Shown here piece after piece: positions 1 through 12,100 of a DNA stretch of 64,000 nt. Position 1 is the first letter of the stretch; each line of letters starts with the position of its first letter. Source of the DNA: Patescibacteria group bacterium (lineage in GTDB: Bacteria > Patescibacteriota > Patescibacteriia > 2-01-FULL-39-33); assembly GCA_041662745.1 (NCBI GenBank), contig JBAZRV010000004.1:70315-134314 (forward strand). The letters are read 5' to 3'. The position numbers and the translations under genes were made by a program. The notes under the pieces are model-generated. The model was not told the origin of the DNA and did no database searches. It was given only the letters and a program-made list of their open reading frames with translations.

Positions 1-951
1 GGCCTTAAGATAAGCCTTGGCATTCTCACGGCCCGTGCCCAGCTTCTCTTCACCGAAAGTATAAGTATTGCCGGCTTTGCTGACGACACCCTTCTCCAGA
101 CCGACATCCAGCAGATCTCCGGAAACGGAAATGCCTTCGTTATACATAATATCAAATTCACAAGTCTGAAAGGGCGCGGCCACCTTATTCTTAACCACCT
201 TGACCTTGACGCGATTGCCGATATTCCTATCGCCTTGTTTGATTTGCGCGGCGCGGCGGACTTCAATGCGGACCGAAGAATAGAACTTCAAAGCGGTACC
301 GCCGGTAGTAGTCTCGGGATTGCCGAAAAACACGCCGATCTTCATGCGAGTCTGGTTGATGAAAATCAATACGGCTTTGGACTTGGAAATAGCGCCGGTC
401 AGCTTCCTTAGCGCTTGGCTCATCAAACGCGCCTGCAAGCCCATATGCGAATCGCCCATGTCGCCCTCTATTTCCGCCTTAGGCACCAAAGCCGCCACCG
501 AATCCACCACCACCACATCAACGGCATTGGAACGAATCAGCGTCTCTACTATCTCTAAAGCCTGTTCGCCGGTATCGGGCTGGGAAATAAACAACTCATC
601 AACCTTCACGCCGATCTTTCTGGCATAATCAGGGTCCAAGGCATGCTCGGCGTCCACGAAGGCGGCTACACCGCCTAATTTCTGCACCTCAGCCACGATG
701 TGCTGGGCCAAGGTTGTCTTACCTGAGGCCTCCGGCCCGAACACCTCGACAATCCTGCCTCGAGGCACTCCGCCCACGCCCAAAGCGATGTCCAAGGACA
801 AGGCGCCGGTAGATACGGCATCAACTTCCATGGCTCGGGCTTCCCCGAACTTCATAATCGCTCCGTCGCCAAAACGATCTTTAATCTGGCTAATTGCCGA
901 TTCTACGGCCTTAAACTTCTCATTCCCCTCCTCATTGGTCTTTTTAGGCAT
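1..951 (-). CDS. recA: Recombinase RecA, truncated by the window edge (C-terminus missing)
   Basis: The minus-strand translation reads [81 protein letters not shown], the canonical RecA N-terminus and Walker A motif. The start codon is at 949-951. The plus-strand ORFs 320..628 and 698..973 are antisense shadows. Confidence 0.93.
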   Translation of the reverse strand, partial: MPKKTNEEGNEKFKAVESAISQIKDRFGDGAIMKFGEARAMEVDAVSTGALSLDIALGVGGVPRGRIVEVFGPEASGKTTLAQHIVAEVQKLGGVAAFVDAEHALDPDYARKIGVKVDELFISQPDTGEQALEIVETLIRSNAVDVVVVDSVAALVPKAEIEGDMGDSHMGLQARLMSQALRKLTGAISKSKAVLIFINQTRMKIGVFFGNPETTTGGTALKFYSSVRIEVRRAAQIKQGDRNIGNRVKVKVVKNKVAAPFQTCEFDIMYNEGISVSGDLLDVGLEKGVVSKAGNTYTFGEEKLGTGRENAKAYLKA

Positions 952-962
952 AAATATAAAAA

Positions 963-1598
963 TTACTGGTTAATCTCGTTAAATAGCACGCGGATAGTCG
1001 CTTCCGATTGGCGGCTGTAACGCTTCTTCGCAGTTATTTTAATCAAATTCAAACCCTTTTGCAAGTCAACGGTAGTGGAAAAATTACCTCCCGTATCCAC
1101 GAACACCGCCTTATTGTTAATGACGATTTCCGCCTCGCGCGAAGACGTGCCCGCTACCTCCAATTGGCGATTGACCGTTATTAATCCGTCAGTCGGACGC
1201 GAAACGATTAATTGCGGCGGCCGAAAAATTTCATTGACGCGCCAAAGCAAAAAAGCCGACAGCGCAACGATGCCTATGATAACCACTGCCCGGGAAATGA
1301 AATTGGACCAAACAAACAAATTTTTATTTTTCAACGATTTGTAAGATACGGTTTGCAACTTATCGGCGGCTTCCTGGCATAAGGGATGATCCAAACCCAA
1401 ATAATCGCAATAGGTTTTGAGAAACTTGGGCAAGTAGTCTTTACCCGGCAATAACCAGGGCTGATTGTGCTCTAGCGCCTCCAGATATTTGGTGGCGATC
1501 CTGGTTTCTCCCGACGCCTTAAGCAAACTCACGCCCCTTTTCAGGCGCGCTTCTTTCAAATTCTCTCCCAAATTTTCAATCAGGTTTTCTTCCGACAT
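963..1598 (-). CDS. Membrane protein with an Xre-type HTH, a TM helix and a C-terminal beta domain (RodZ-like)
   Basis: The HTH reads [30 protein letters not shown] and is followed by one hydrophobic helix ([16 protein letters not shown]) and a C-terminal domain. The start was chosen at MSEENL (1598); the ORF extends to 1643. Confidence 0.55.
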   Translation of the reverse strand: MSEENLIENLGENLKEARLKRGVSLLKASGETRIATKYLEALEHNQPWLLPGKDYLPKFLKTYCDYLGLDHPLCQEAADKLQTVSYKSLKNKNLFVWSNFISRAVVIIGIVALSAFLLWRVNEIFRPPQLIVSRPTDGLITVNRQLEVAGTSSREAEIVINNKAVFVDTGGNFSTTVDLQKGLNLIKITAKKRYSRQSEATIRVLFNEINQ

Positions 1599-1691
1599 AA
1601 AATAACCGCTTATAAAGCCAAAAACCTGCCGGCCGGCAGGCAAGCCCGTAATGTCTTTAGACCTTACGGACCTTCAACTTCTAATTTAAAA

Positions 1692-4508
1692 CTAAGCCCA
1701 TTCATCATCATCAAAATAGTTCTTTGACGATTTTTCTGATGGTTTTTTATTTTTAATCTCTTCTGATTCCTCTGCTGTTTCTTCGGATTCTTCCGGCATT
1801 TCCTCTGCCTCCTCTGCCGCCTCTGCTGTCGCCTCCGTCTCTTCCGAAACTTCCTCCGGAATTTCTACCGTTTCTTCCTCCGGAAAAATCTCCTCCGATT
1901 CGGCTGCCGTTATTCCTTTTTCTTTATTCTTTTTCGGCTTATCCTCCTGCGGCGCCGACTCAAATTCTTCCACCTCCGCGAATTTGGCTGCGGGCAATTC
2001 CTCCTCTTTTTCACCTCGCTCTTCCTGAGCAGAATAATTGTCTTCCGGCTCGTTTAGATCTTTCTCCACAAAAGACGGGATATCTTCTTCGGCTGAGTCC
2101 GCTATTTCCTCATCAGTTTCAAGCAACTCATCACTGTCATCCTCCGGCGGACGGAAGGCGGTAAAACCGGGTTCATCTTCGGCTTCAGCAGAATCCTCTT
2201 CAATGAAGGGATTATCATCTAACGGCCTTAATTCTCCAGTCAAGCCATGTTCGCGCGCGGCAAATTCCACCGGATCGGCTCCGCCCAGTTTATCCAAAAA
2301 TACCTCTCGGGGCTTAGCGCCGTCAGCCGGACCGATCACGCCCCTCTCCTCCAACAGATCAAGAATCCTGGCTGCTCGAGCATAGCCTAATTTAAGGCGA
2401 CGTTGCAACAACGAAGCCGAAGCCTTGCCGTTCTGCTTGATTACTTCTACCGCTTCGCCCAAAAGCGGTTCATCGTCGCTAGCAAAACCGTTGTTGCCGC
2501 CGTTACTGCCGAAACTGCCGCCGGTTGCAGCCAAGCCCTCAACATAATCAGCCGAGCCCTGTTTCTTGATGTAACCGACCACATCATTAATTTCATGATC
2601 GGACAAAAAGACGCCCTGGATGCGCTTGGCTTTGGCGAATTCCGCTCCCAAATACAGCATATCGCCGCGACCCACTAATTTTTCCGCTCCGGTACCGTCA
2701 AGGATGGTGCGCGAATCAATGGAAGAAGCGACGGCAAAAGAAATGCGCGTCGGAATATTAGCCTTAATCAAACCAGTAATAACCTCGGTAGACGGTCGTT
2801 GCGTGGCCAAAACCAAATGAATGCCCACGGCGCGGGCCATTTGCGCCAATCTCACAATGCCCGCCTCCATATCGTTGGGATTAGAGGCCATTAAATCAGC
2901 CAACTCATCAATAATGACTACGATGTAAGGCATCTTCTCGGCGTGTGTTTGGTTATAAGAAGCGATATTGCGGTTGCCGAATTTGGCCAAAAGCTCAAAA
3001 CGCCTTTCCATTTCCGTAATCAGCCACTTTAAAGCGCTGACGGTTTTCTTAACGTCAGTTACAACCGGAGTAAGCAGATAAGGGATATTATTATACACCG
3101 GCATTTCTACGCGCTTGGGATCAATCAGAATAAATTTCAATTCATCAGGACTGTTCTGATACATCAGGGAGACGATAATGGAATTAACGCAGACGGATTT
3201 GCCGCTGCCGGTCTGGCCGGCGATAAGCAAATGAGGCATGCGAGCCAAATCGGCGAATACCGGTTTGCCGGACACGTCCTTGCCCAAAGCCAAAAATAAA
3301 TTATTACTCCGCTCCTTGAACTCCTTGCTGGCCAGCACCTCGCCCATAGTCACCTTGGCCGCAGTCTGGTTGGGTATTTCTATGCCCACCAAGGCCTTGC
3401 CGGGGATGGGCGCCTCAATGCGGATCGGATGGGCGGCCAACGCTAAAGCCAAATCGGCGTTAAGAGTAGTCAGGCGCGCCAGTTTAATGCCGGCGGCCGG
3501 CCGCATAGTGTATTGGGTAACGGTCGGGCCAACGTTAACCTCGCCCATTTCCACAGCTACCCCGAAATTAGCCAACGTGCGCTTAATAATCTCCTGGTTA
3601 GCCTTAATGTCGCCGGAGGTGGGCTTGCCTGACTTGGCGGATAGCAAACTCAGGGGCAAATCCAACCGGCCGAATTTACGGCGCTTGGCTTCCGGCGTAA
3701 ATTCATCCTTAAGGCCGGAATCGGTCAATGGCTTATTGGTGAAATTAGGATTATCATCATCAATCGGCCCGGCCGCTTCATCCTCATCTACGTCTTCCTG
3801 CTCAACCGATTCATCCATTGATTCTTCCTCATAATCTTCTTCGGCCGCCAAATTGGCCAGCTTGCGCTCGTTACGCTTAAGCCGATAATAAAAATACCAA
3901 TCCTTCAGTTTAGCGAAGATAAACTTAAATAATTTTAGCGGCCACATCAAACCGTAAAAGGAGGTTTCTAACGCCAATAAAATACCAACCAGTAATAAGG
4001 CGACCAAGACGACCAAAGCGCCCCAAAAACTCATCAGGCGCACCAAAGGCAAGGCGACAAGGGCGCCAAGATAACCGCCCCCCTGTCCCAACTTGGCCAT
4101 CTCCAACGCCTGCCAAGAATCGTACTGCAAATGAAATAAACCGCACAAGCTGACAATCAAAAATAAGGCGCCCAAATAATTAATAAAACTAATAGGATAC
4201 TTTTCCTCATAAAGCAAGAAAAAAATCAAAGCGGCCAAAAGCGCCGGTATCAGCCATTTAGCGCCGCCAAAGACTATGGACAGAACATAAGCCACCACCT
4301 GGCCTATCTGGCCGGATAAATCAAATAAACCCAAAATAGCCAGGGCGGCAAAAACAAACAGGAAAATAATGAATATCCCCTTTTTGGTTTCCGGCGACAA
4401 ACTGCGCCAATAATCAAGAAAATTAAAACGTGGCGCCGCATAACGGCCACGGTTGGATCCTCCGCGATTCCAGAAAGCGCGGTTTTTTTTATGGTAGTGA
4501 CGAGGCAT
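1692..4508 (-). CDS. ftsK: DNA translocase FtsK/SpoIIIE with an N-terminal multi-TM domain, motor domain, gamma domain and a long acidic C-terminal tail
   Basis: Motifs include Walker A GQTGSGKSVCVNSIIVSLMY and LATQRPS. The gamma domain reads LLQRRLKLGYARAARILDLLEERGVIGP. About 170 further E/D-rich residues follow the gamma domain. Confidence 0.9.
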   Translation of the reverse strand: MPRHYHKKNRAFWNRGGSNRGRYAAPRFNFLDYWRSLSPETKKGIFIIFLFVFAALAILGLFDLSGQIGQVVAYVLSIVFGGAKWLIPALLAALIFFLLYEEKYPISFINYLGALFLIVSLCGLFHLQYDSWQALEMAKLGQGGGYLGALVALPLVRLMSFWGALVVLVALLLVGILLALETSFYGLMWPLKLFKFIFAKLKDWYFYYRLKRNERKLANLAAEEDYEEESMDESVEQEDVDEDEAAGPIDDDNPNFTNKPLTDSGLKDEFTPEAKRRKFGRLDLPLSLLSAKSGKPTSGDIKANQEIIKRTLANFGVAVEMGEVNVGPTVTQYTMRPAAGIKLARLTTLNADLALALAAHPIRIEAPIPGKALVGIEIPNQTAAKVTMGEVLASKEFKERSNNLFLALGKDVSGKPVFADLARMPHLLIAGQTGSGKSVCVNSIIVSLMYQNSPDELKFILIDPKRVEMPVYNNIPYLLTPVVTDVKKTVSALKWLITEMERRFELLAKFGNRNIASYNQTHAEKMPYIVVIIDELADLMASNPNDMEAGIVRLAQMARAVGIHLVLATQRPSTEVITGLIKANIPTRISFAVASSIDSRTILDGTGAEKLVGRGDMLYLGAEFAKAKRIQGVFLSDHEINDVVGYIKKQGSADYVEGLAATGGSFGSNGGNNGFASDDEPLLGEAVEVIKQNGKASASLLQRRLKLGYARAARILDLLEERGVIGPADGAKPREVFLDKLGGADPVEFAAREHGLTGELRPLDDNPFIEEDSAEAEDEPGFTAFRPPEDDSDELLETDEEIADSAEEDIPSFVEKDLNEPEDNYSAQEERGEKEEELPAAKFAEVEEFESAPQEDKPKKNKEKGITAAESEEIFPEEETVEIPEEVSEETEATAEAAEEAEEMPEESEETAEESEEIKNKKPSEKSSKNYFDDDEWA

Positions 4509-4730
4509 GAAAATAGGGACGTTTCTTTTACTGGATTATACCATAAAAAGCGAAAAGACGCCAAGAAATCTTGGCGTCTTTTACGGCCGGTCAAACGCTT
4601 TACTGGTGCAGAGGTTAAAGCGCCCAAACCGCCAATATCAAAAGAGGCACGACAAGCCAAATTAAATCAATCAGGGCCTTTCTCGGATCCTTGCGTTTCT
4701 GGTAAATTTCAATGCTTAGGAAGGTCATAA

Positions 4731-4976
4731 TCAACGGCGAAAATACTTTTTTATTTCCCTGATGGTCAGACGGCGAGAGGCCTGCAATCGCTGGATTTCC
4801 TTCAGGCGTTTTAAGGCCCATGACCGGTCATACAGACGGTAACCGCCCGGCGATTGATCGGCGAATTTAAGCAACCCTTCCCGCGTATAGTAATGGATGG
4901 TGGAGGGCAAAACTCTGGCCGCTTGGGCCAATTCTCCGATTTTTAACAACTCAGCCAACCGGCCGCTCTTGTCCAT
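4731..4976 (-). CDS. Short MerR-family transcriptional regulator (HTH only)
   Basis: The HTH reads LKIGELAQAARVLPSTIHYYTREGLL. The protein is 81 aa. Confidence 0.6.
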   Translation of the reverse strand: MDKSGRLAELLKIGELAQAARVLPSTIHYYTREGLLKFADQSPGGYRLYDRSWALKRLKEIQRLQASRRLTIREIKKYFRR

Positions 4977-5137
4977 AATTATAGCTCCCCGCTGTCGCCG
5001 TTTCCGCCGTATTCAAACGTGGCGATCCAGCTTGACAGCCGAGAGTAACACTAACCATAAAGTATGAAGTATGAAGTAATAAGGTATACTTTATAGTTGT
5101 TATATTACAATAGTTTTTACCGCTTGGCAAGAGACAG

Positions 5138-5146
5138 TTATCCACA
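5138..5146 (+). promoter_or_regulatory. Perfect DnaA box TTATCCACA between rpoC and the MerR-like gene
   Basis: An exact 9-mer. The adjacent direct repeat is AGTATGAAGTATGAAGTA. Confidence 0.35.
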
Positions 5147-5184
5147 GGACGAATAATTTATGTTTTAAACGACAAATAATGAAT

Positions 5185-5219
5185 GATAAAAAAACCGCTC
5201 CCCCCGAAGGAGAGCGATT
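5185..5219 (-). terminator. Rho-independent terminator downstream of rpoC
   Basis: On the minus strand the stem CGCTCTCC / GGAGAGCG flanks a TTCGGG loop and is followed by a T-run. The element lies just 3' of the rpoC stop. Confidence 0.6.
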
Positions 5220-5242
5220 TTTATAATAAATTTAATCTGAAC

Positions 5243-8200
5243 CTATAGTTTGCCGTAGACAAAGCCGGTGCCGGCCGGAATCTTGCGGCCGATGATAATG
5301 TTTTCTTTCGGTCCGGTCAAATCGTCGGTTTTGCCGGTAATGGCGGCATTAATTAACACTTTGGCTGTTTCCTGGAAAGAAGCGGAGGCCAGCCAAGAGC
5401 GAGTGGACAAGGAAACCTTAGTAATGCCCAGAAGCAGCTGTTCGTATTGAGCCAAATTTTTCTTTTGTTTCTTCAGTTCGCTATTGGCGTTAGCGACATC
5501 CACGTATTCCACCACTTCGCCCGGCATAAAGTCGGAATCGCCGGAATCAAGGACATAAACTTTGGAGAACATCTGACGTACGATCACTTCAACATGCTTG
5601 TCGTTTATTTTCTGGCCTTGGCTGGAATAAATATGCTGGATTTCTTTCATGATATATTTCTTGGTGAAATCAGCTTCCTTCAATTTATGCAATTGATGCA
5701 AATCAAGCGGCCCCTCGGTCAACTGATCGCCGGCTTCAACTTTGGAATTATCCTTGACCATGATAGACTTAACCGAAGCCACCAAATATTCTTTAACCCC
5801 CAACTCATTGCCCAACAAAATCAAGGAACGCCCGTCAATCTTAACCGTGCCGGCAAACGGCGCAAAATATTTATTCTCGCCGTTCTCATACAAAACCTGG
5901 CCGTCTTTGACTTCATCGCCGTCCTTAACCTGAAGAACGACTTTCTTGCCTTTGGGTATGTTGATTTTCTTTTCTTTATCCTGATCAAAGGAGATTTCCA
6001 GAATTCTCTCTTTGCCCGAAGTCTTGATAACGGGCTGGCCGTCCTCGCCGATGATTTCGCGTTGGCGCGGTTCTTTGATGCGTACGATGCCGGAAACGTC
6101 AGCGATAATCGCCTTATTTTTCGGCGTGCGAGCCTCAAAGATTTCTTCCACGCGCGGCAAACCTTGCGTGATATCGCTTTCCGAAGCCACACCGCCGGTA
6201 TGGAAAGTTCTCATGGTCAGCTGAGTTCCGGGTTCACCCACGGATTCAGCGGCGATAACGCCTACGGCCACGCCCAGCTCTACCGGTTTATTATAAGCCA
6301 AATCGTAACCATAACATTTGGAGCAGACGCCGCGGACATTCTTACAAGTCATAACCGAACGATAGGTCGCCTCTTCAATCTCCGCCGAACCGATTTTGGC
6401 CGCCACTTCTTCGGTAACCATTTCCCCGGCCTTAGCTACGACTTTTTTGCCGGCGATCAAATCTTTGACCAAATAGCGTCCCAACAAGCGGTTAGCCAGC
6501 TTGTCGCCCATCACCTCGGACTCGGCCTTAGTTACGGTCAAACCGGAAGTATCATGGCAATCTTCGTTGTTAATGACTATATCTTGCGCCACATCCACCA
6601 AGCGGCGAGTCAAATAACCGGCTGAGGAAGTACGCAAAGCCGTATCGGACAAGCCTTTTCTGGCGCCATGGCTGGAAATAAAGAATTCCAAAACATTAAA
6701 ACCGCGTTTAAAATTATTTTTGACCGGCAGCTCAATAACTTCATAATTAGGATTGACCACCGGGCCCTTCATGCCGATCATCTGCGATAATTGTCCCCAG
6801 GAACCGCGGGCGCCCGAATCAATCATGGATAAAATAGAATTGCCTTCGGTCATGCAATGTTTGACCTTCTCCAAAATCTGAGTATTAATGCGCAACCAAT
6901 TCTCCACAATCTTTTCGTGGCGCTCATCCTCAGTCAAAAGGCCCATCATATACTGACCGTCAATCACATCAACTTCTTTATCTCCTTGCGCCACCAATTC
7001 GTCGCGTCCCTCCACATTAACCAAATCGGCAATACCGAAAGATTGGGCGGACAAAGTCAAATATTTGAAACCGGTGTCCTTCATGGCATCTAAAGTCTTG
7101 ACAGTCGCCTCGGGACCGAATTGATAAAGCACATCGGCTAAGATCTTGGACAGATCCTTCTTGCCCACGCGCTTATTGATGAAATCAAACTCTGTCGGCA
7201 AAACCGAATTGAAAATAATGCGTCCGACGGAAGTCTCCAATAATTCTTTCTTGGAACGTTTGTCGGCTTTCCTGGTATATAAAACTTTAATCTTTGACTG
7301 CAAAGAAATAATCTTTTTATCAACGGCCAGAATCGCCTCATCCAAGGAAGAGAAGGCCCGAACCGGCTGACTTTCATCCAGCGTGGTCAGATAATAACAA
7401 CCCCAAACAATATCCTGGTTAGGCGTAACGATCGGCTGGCCGCTGGCCGGCTTCAACAAGTTCTTGGAAGCCAGCATTCTTTCGGACGCTTCTTTGTTGG
7501 CATCCTCGGAAAGCGGCACATGGACGGCCATTTGATCGCCGTCAAAATCAGCGTTGAAGGCGGCGCAAACCAAGGGATGGATTTGAATGGCCAAGCCCTC
7601 AATCAAGATTGGCTTAAACGCCTGAATACCCAAACGATGCAAAGTCGGAGCGCGATTCAATAAAACATGGGCGCCCTTGACCACCTCCTCCAGAATATCC
7701 CAAACCTCATCATGTTTGGCATCAATATAGCGATTGGCGCTTCTGATATTATGCACAACGCCGCGCTCAATCAGTTTGGAAATAATAAACGGCTTAAACA
7801 ATTCCAAAGCCATAATCTTGGGAATACCGCACTGGTCCAAATGCAGCTTGGGACCGACGACGATAACCGAACGGCCGGAATAATCGATGCGTTTGCCCAG
7901 CAAGTTCTGACGGAAACGGCCCTGCTTTCCTTTCAGGATATCAGCCAACGATTTAAGCATGCGTTTCTGGCCGGTAGAAGCCACCACGGTCTTGCCATGG
8001 CGGGCGTTGTTATCAATCAAGGAATCAACCGCTTCCTGCAACATGCGCTTCTCGTTTCTGGTAATAACCTCGGGAGCATTAAGCTCCTGCAACTGTTTCA
8101 AGCGATTGTTGCGGTTAATGACGCGGCGATACAAATCATTCAGATCGGAAGTGGCGAAACGTCCGCCGTCAAGCGGCACCATCGGACGCAAATCCGGCGG

Positions 8201-9130
8201 AATCACCGGAACGGCGGTCAAAACCATCCATTCGGGACGGAGATTATTCTTAATGAGATTATTAAAAAACTTTACGCGGCGGATCAGCTTGTCTTTCTTG
8301 GCGCCAACCGTAGCGGCGATTTGCTTATTCAATTCTTCCACGGTCTTAGCCAAATCAATGCGCGACATCAATTCGCGAATCGCTTCCGCACCGATGCCCG
8401 CTTCAAAAATATGCCCGTACTTCAGAGACAATTCATGAAAAACATGCTCGGAAATAATCTTTAGGGGGCGGATTTCTTTCAATTCATTCTCCGCCATTAA
8501 GACGGTTTCCTCCAATTCTTTCAATTTTTCATCGCGCAGTTTGGTAAAATTTTCCAAAGCCTCGGACTTTTCCGCCTCAGAACTCCCAGCGGCGTTCAGT
8601 TGTCTGGCTTTATTATCATAATCGGACTCAATCTGCTTGCGATATTGCTTGTATTCGCCCCGCAGCTGTTCAAAAGTCTGATTCTTCAAGTCTTCATTAA
8701 CATTGGTGATGATAAAATCGGCAAAATAAATAACTTTCTCCAGATTCTGAATAGACATGTCCAGCGCTAAGCCGATCTTGGACGGAATGCCGCGCAAAAA
8801 CCAAATATGAGAAACCGGCGACGCCAAATCAATATGGCCCATGCGTTCGCGGCGCACCACGGCGCGAGTCACTTCTACGCCGCACTTATCGCAGACAATG
8901 CCTTTATAGCGGATTTTCTTGTATTTGCCGCAATAACATTCCCAGTCCTTAATCGGACCAAAAATACGCTCGCAGAATAAGCCGTCTTTTTCCGGCTTCT
9001 GCGTACGGTAATTAATGGTTTCGGGACGCGTTACCTCGCCGTGCGACCAGGCATGGATATCCTCGGGCGATGCCATTTTTAACCTAATGGAGTCAAAATG
9101 GATGTTGGGCACTTGTTCTTGATTGAACAT
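5243..9130 (-). CDS. rpoC: DNA-directed RNA polymerase subunit beta'
   Basis: The 1295-aa protein has the zinc-binding N-terminus [23 protein letters not shown], the catalytic motif [16 protein letters not shown] and a trigger-loop region. Confidence 0.97.
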   Translation of the reverse strand: MFNQEQVPNIHFDSIRLKMASPEDIHAWSHGEVTRPETINYRTQKPEKDGLFCERIFGPIKDWECYCGKYKKIRYKGIVCDKCGVEVTRAVVRRERMGHIDLASPVSHIWFLRGIPSKIGLALDMSIQNLEKVIYFADFIITNVNEDLKNQTFEQLRGEYKQYRKQIESDYDNKARQLNAAGSSEAEKSEALENFTKLRDEKLKELEETVLMAENELKEIRPLKIISEHVFHELSLKYGHIFEAGIGAEAIRELMSRIDLAKTVEELNKQIAATVGAKKDKLIRRVKFFNNLIKNNLRPEWMVLTAVPVIPPDLRPMVPLDGGRFATSDLNDLYRRVINRNNRLKQLQELNAPEVITRNEKRMLQEAVDSLIDNNARHGKTVVASTGQKRMLKSLADILKGKQGRFRQNLLGKRIDYSGRSVIVVGPKLHLDQCGIPKIMALELFKPFIISKLIERGVVHNIRSANRYIDAKHDEVWDILEEVVKGAHVLLNRAPTLHRLGIQAFKPILIEGLAIQIHPLVCAAFNADFDGDQMAVHVPLSEDANKEASERMLASKNLLKPASGQPIVTPNQDIVWGCYYLTTLDESQPVRAFSSLDEAILAVDKKIISLQSKIKVLYTRKADKRSKKELLETSVGRIIFNSVLPTEFDFINKRVGKKDLSKILADVLYQFGPEATVKTLDAMKDTGFKYLTLSAQSFGIADLVNVEGRDELVAQGDKEVDVIDGQYMMGLLTEDERHEKIVENWLRINTQILEKVKHCMTEGNSILSMIDSGARGSWGQLSQMIGMKGPVVNPNYEVIELPVKNNFKRGFNVLEFFISSHGARKGLSDTALRTSSAGYLTRRLVDVAQDIVINNEDCHDTSGLTVTKAESEVMGDKLANRLLGRYLVKDLIAGKKVVAKAGEMVTEEVAAKIGSAEIEEATYRSVMTCKNVRGVCSKCYGYDLAYNKPVELGVAVGVIAAESVGEPGTQLTMRTFHTGGVASESDITQGLPRVEEIFEARTPKNKAIIADVSGIVRIKEPRQREIIGEDGQPVIKTSGKERILEISFDQDKEKKINIPKGKKVVLQVKDGDEVKDGQVLYENGENKYFAPFAGTVKIDGRSLILLGNELGVKEYLVASVKSIMVKDNSKVEAGDQLTEGPLDLHQLHKLKEADFTKKYIMKEIQHIYSSQGQKINDKHVEVIVRQMFSKVYVLDSGDSDFMPGEVVEYVDVANANSELKKQKKNLAQYEQLLLGITKVSLSTRSWLASASFQETAKVLINAAITGKTDDLTGPKENIIIGRKIPAGTGFVYGKL

Positions 9131-9158
9131 ATTATATTAGTAATTAGAAATAAAAAGA

Positions 9159-12100
9159 TTAAGCGTCTATTTCTTCGTCATCCTTCATCATGCCGGATTC
9201 AATTTTATCATCAACATTCCTGATCGGCTTATTGTTTTCCAATAATTCCACATTAAGCGCCAAACCCTTAAGTTCGCGAATCAAAACATTAAACGATTCC
9301 GGAATATATAAATTGGTAATAGGCTCGCCCTTGATGATGTTCTCGTAGGTCTTGCTGCGGCCGACTACGTCATCTGACTTAATAGTCAAAATTTCCTGCA
9401 AAGTCGCGGCCGCGCCGTAAGCTTCCAAGGCCCAAACTTCCATTTCACCGAATCTTTGTCCGCCGAATTGCGCCTTGCCGCCCAAAGGCTGTTGGGTGAT
9501 AAGAGAATAAGGACCAATGGAACGGGCATGGATTTTATCTTCTACCAAATGATTCAACTTCAGCATATACACCATGCCGACGGTTGATTTCTTGGCAAAA
9601 GATTCACCGGTGCGGCCGTCATATAATTGGATGCGGCCGTCTTCCGGATAGCCGGCAGCCTTGAGTTGTTCGCGAATATTGTCTTCAGTCGCGCCGTTGA
9701 AAACGTTAGTCGCCACTTTGTAGTTCAAAGCCTTGGCGGCCAAGCCCAAATGAGTTTCTAAAATCTGTCCCAAATTCATGCGGGAAACGACGCCCAAAGG
9801 AGACAAAATAATATCAACCGGCGTTCCATCGGCCAAATGCGGCATATCTTCTACGGGCACTACTTTGGAAATAACGCCCTTATTGCCGTGACGGCCGGCC
9901 ATCTTATCGCCGACTTGCACCTTGCGCAAAGAAGCGACGGTCACCTGGACCATCTTAATCATGCCGGCTGACATCTTATCGCCGTTTTCGCGGGAGAAAA
10001 TCTTAATGTCAATCACTTTGCCGGAAGAGCCGTGTTCCAAATATAATGAAGAATCGCGGACGTCCCGGGCCTTTTCGCCGAAAATGGCGCGCAACAATTT
10101 TTCCTCGGCCGACAATTCAGTCTCGCCCTTAGGCGTAATCTTGCCGCACAGGATATCGCCGGATTTAACGGTGGCGCCGATACGCACAATTCCTTCCTCG
10201 TCCAAATCCTTCAATTTTTCTTCGCTGATGTTGGGAATATCGGAAGTAACGATTTCCGGGCCCAGCTTGGTTTCGCGAACTTCGCAAGTATAATTTTCAA
10301 TATGGATTGAAGAGTAGCGATCCTTCTGCACCAATTTCTCCGACAAAATAATCGCATCTTCATAGTTATAACCCTGCCACGGCATAAAAGCGACCAAAAC
10401 ATTCTGACCCAGGGACAGCTCTCCCTGATCAGTGCCGGGACCGTCAGCCAAAACATCGCCCTTCTTAACCTCCTGATCAATGGCGACAATCGGTTTCTGA
10501 TTAATGCAAGTGGAGGCGTTGGATCTGGTATATTTGGTCAAGCGGTAGGTATCAATCTTATTGTTTTTATTCAAAATTTCAATCTTGTCGCCATGCAGGC
10601 CGATGACTTTGCCGTCTTCTTTGGCTAAAGCCACGTGGCCGGAATCGCGGGCGGCGATGCGTTCTAATCCGGTGCCGACTAAAGGCGCTTGCGGCCTGAC
10701 CACGCAGACGGCTTGGCGTTGCATGTTCGTACCCATCAAAGCGCGGACGGCGTCATCATGTTCCAAAAAAGGAATGCAAGAAGTGGCGATGGAAACGATC
10801 TGGTTGGATGACACATCCATGTAATCAACCTGGTTAGTGGGAGCGACAGTCGGGTTCAGCTTGACGCGAGCTTCCACCTTATCCGATTTAAAGTATCCTT
10901 TTTCATCAAGTTCGGTATTGTACGGAGTAGTGGTGGAACGGGATTCTTCAAAAGCGTCAATATATCTTATTTCATTGGTCACGCGCGGTCTAACGCTGAT
11001 TTTATTCAATTCAATATTTTCCGCCAAAGCTTTAGCGGCGTCTTTTCCGATTTCCTCTCCGGCTTTGACTATGATTGAACCGTTTGCGTCTCGCAAATCA
11101 ACTTGAGCGATTTCGCCGACGGCGGTTTTTCCGTCATTAGCCAAAGTATGCGCCACCTTATAATAAGGGGCTTCAATAAAACCGTATTCGTTAATGCGGC
11201 AATAACCGGCCAAATGACCGACCAAACCGATATTGGGACCTTCCGGGGTGGCGATAGGACAGATTCTGCCATAGTGAGTCGGATGCACGTCGCGCACTTC
11301 AAAACCGGCGCGTTCACGGGACAAGCCGCCCGGACCGAGCGCGGAAATTCTGCGTTTGTGCTCCAGCTCGGCCAAGGGATTAACCTGGTCCATGAATTGC
11401 GACAGCTGCGAAGACATGAAAAACTCCTTGACCACCGACATTAGCGGTCGAGCATTGGTTAATTTAGACGGACTAAGAGTAGTGACATCCAAAGTGGACA
11501 TGCGATCTTTGATGATCCTTTCCATTCTGGCCAGACCGATGCGGAATTTGGCTTGAACCAATTCGCCCACGGCTTTGACGCGACGATTGCCCAAATGATC
11601 AATATCGTCAGCTCGTTCTTGGGTCAAGGTCAGACGCATGATTTCTTTCAGGATATTAATGATGTCCTCTCTTAAGAGAACTCTGCTTTCCTTGTTGATT
11701 TCACGGTCGCTCTCAAAGCGCTGATTCATTTTGTAACGGCCGACCGAACCGAAATCATAACGCGAAAAATTGAAAAACATGTTATCAATCAACTGCTTGG
11801 CGTTATCGGGCGCGGCCAAATCTCCGGGGCGGATACGCTTATAAACTTCAATCAAGCCCTCGGCTTCATTTTCCGAAGCGTCTTTTTTAATGGTCGCTTC
11901 AATAAATTCGCTGGCGCCGTCAAAATCGGTAAACTGACCAAGTATCTCTTCATTGCTGGAAAAACCGAAAGCGCGCAACAAAGCGGTTACGGCTACTTTT
12001 CTTTTGCGGTCAATTTTAACCCAGAGAACTTTGTTCAAGTCAGTCTCAAATTCCAGCCAAGAACCGCGGTTGGGAATAACCTTGGCGCCATATAATTTGC

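Noticed and set aside
320-973. The plus-strand ORFs 320..628 and 698..973
   Set aside because: They are antisense to the clearly conserved recA reading frame and have a Ser/Thr/Pro-rich low-complexity composition.
5447-6625. A 392-aa plus-strand ORF inside rpoC, and similar ORFs inside rpoB and ftsK (7667..8464, 3238..3834 and others)
   Set aside because: They are shadow ORFs on the opposite strand of highly conserved genes. They have no RBS and a biased composition.
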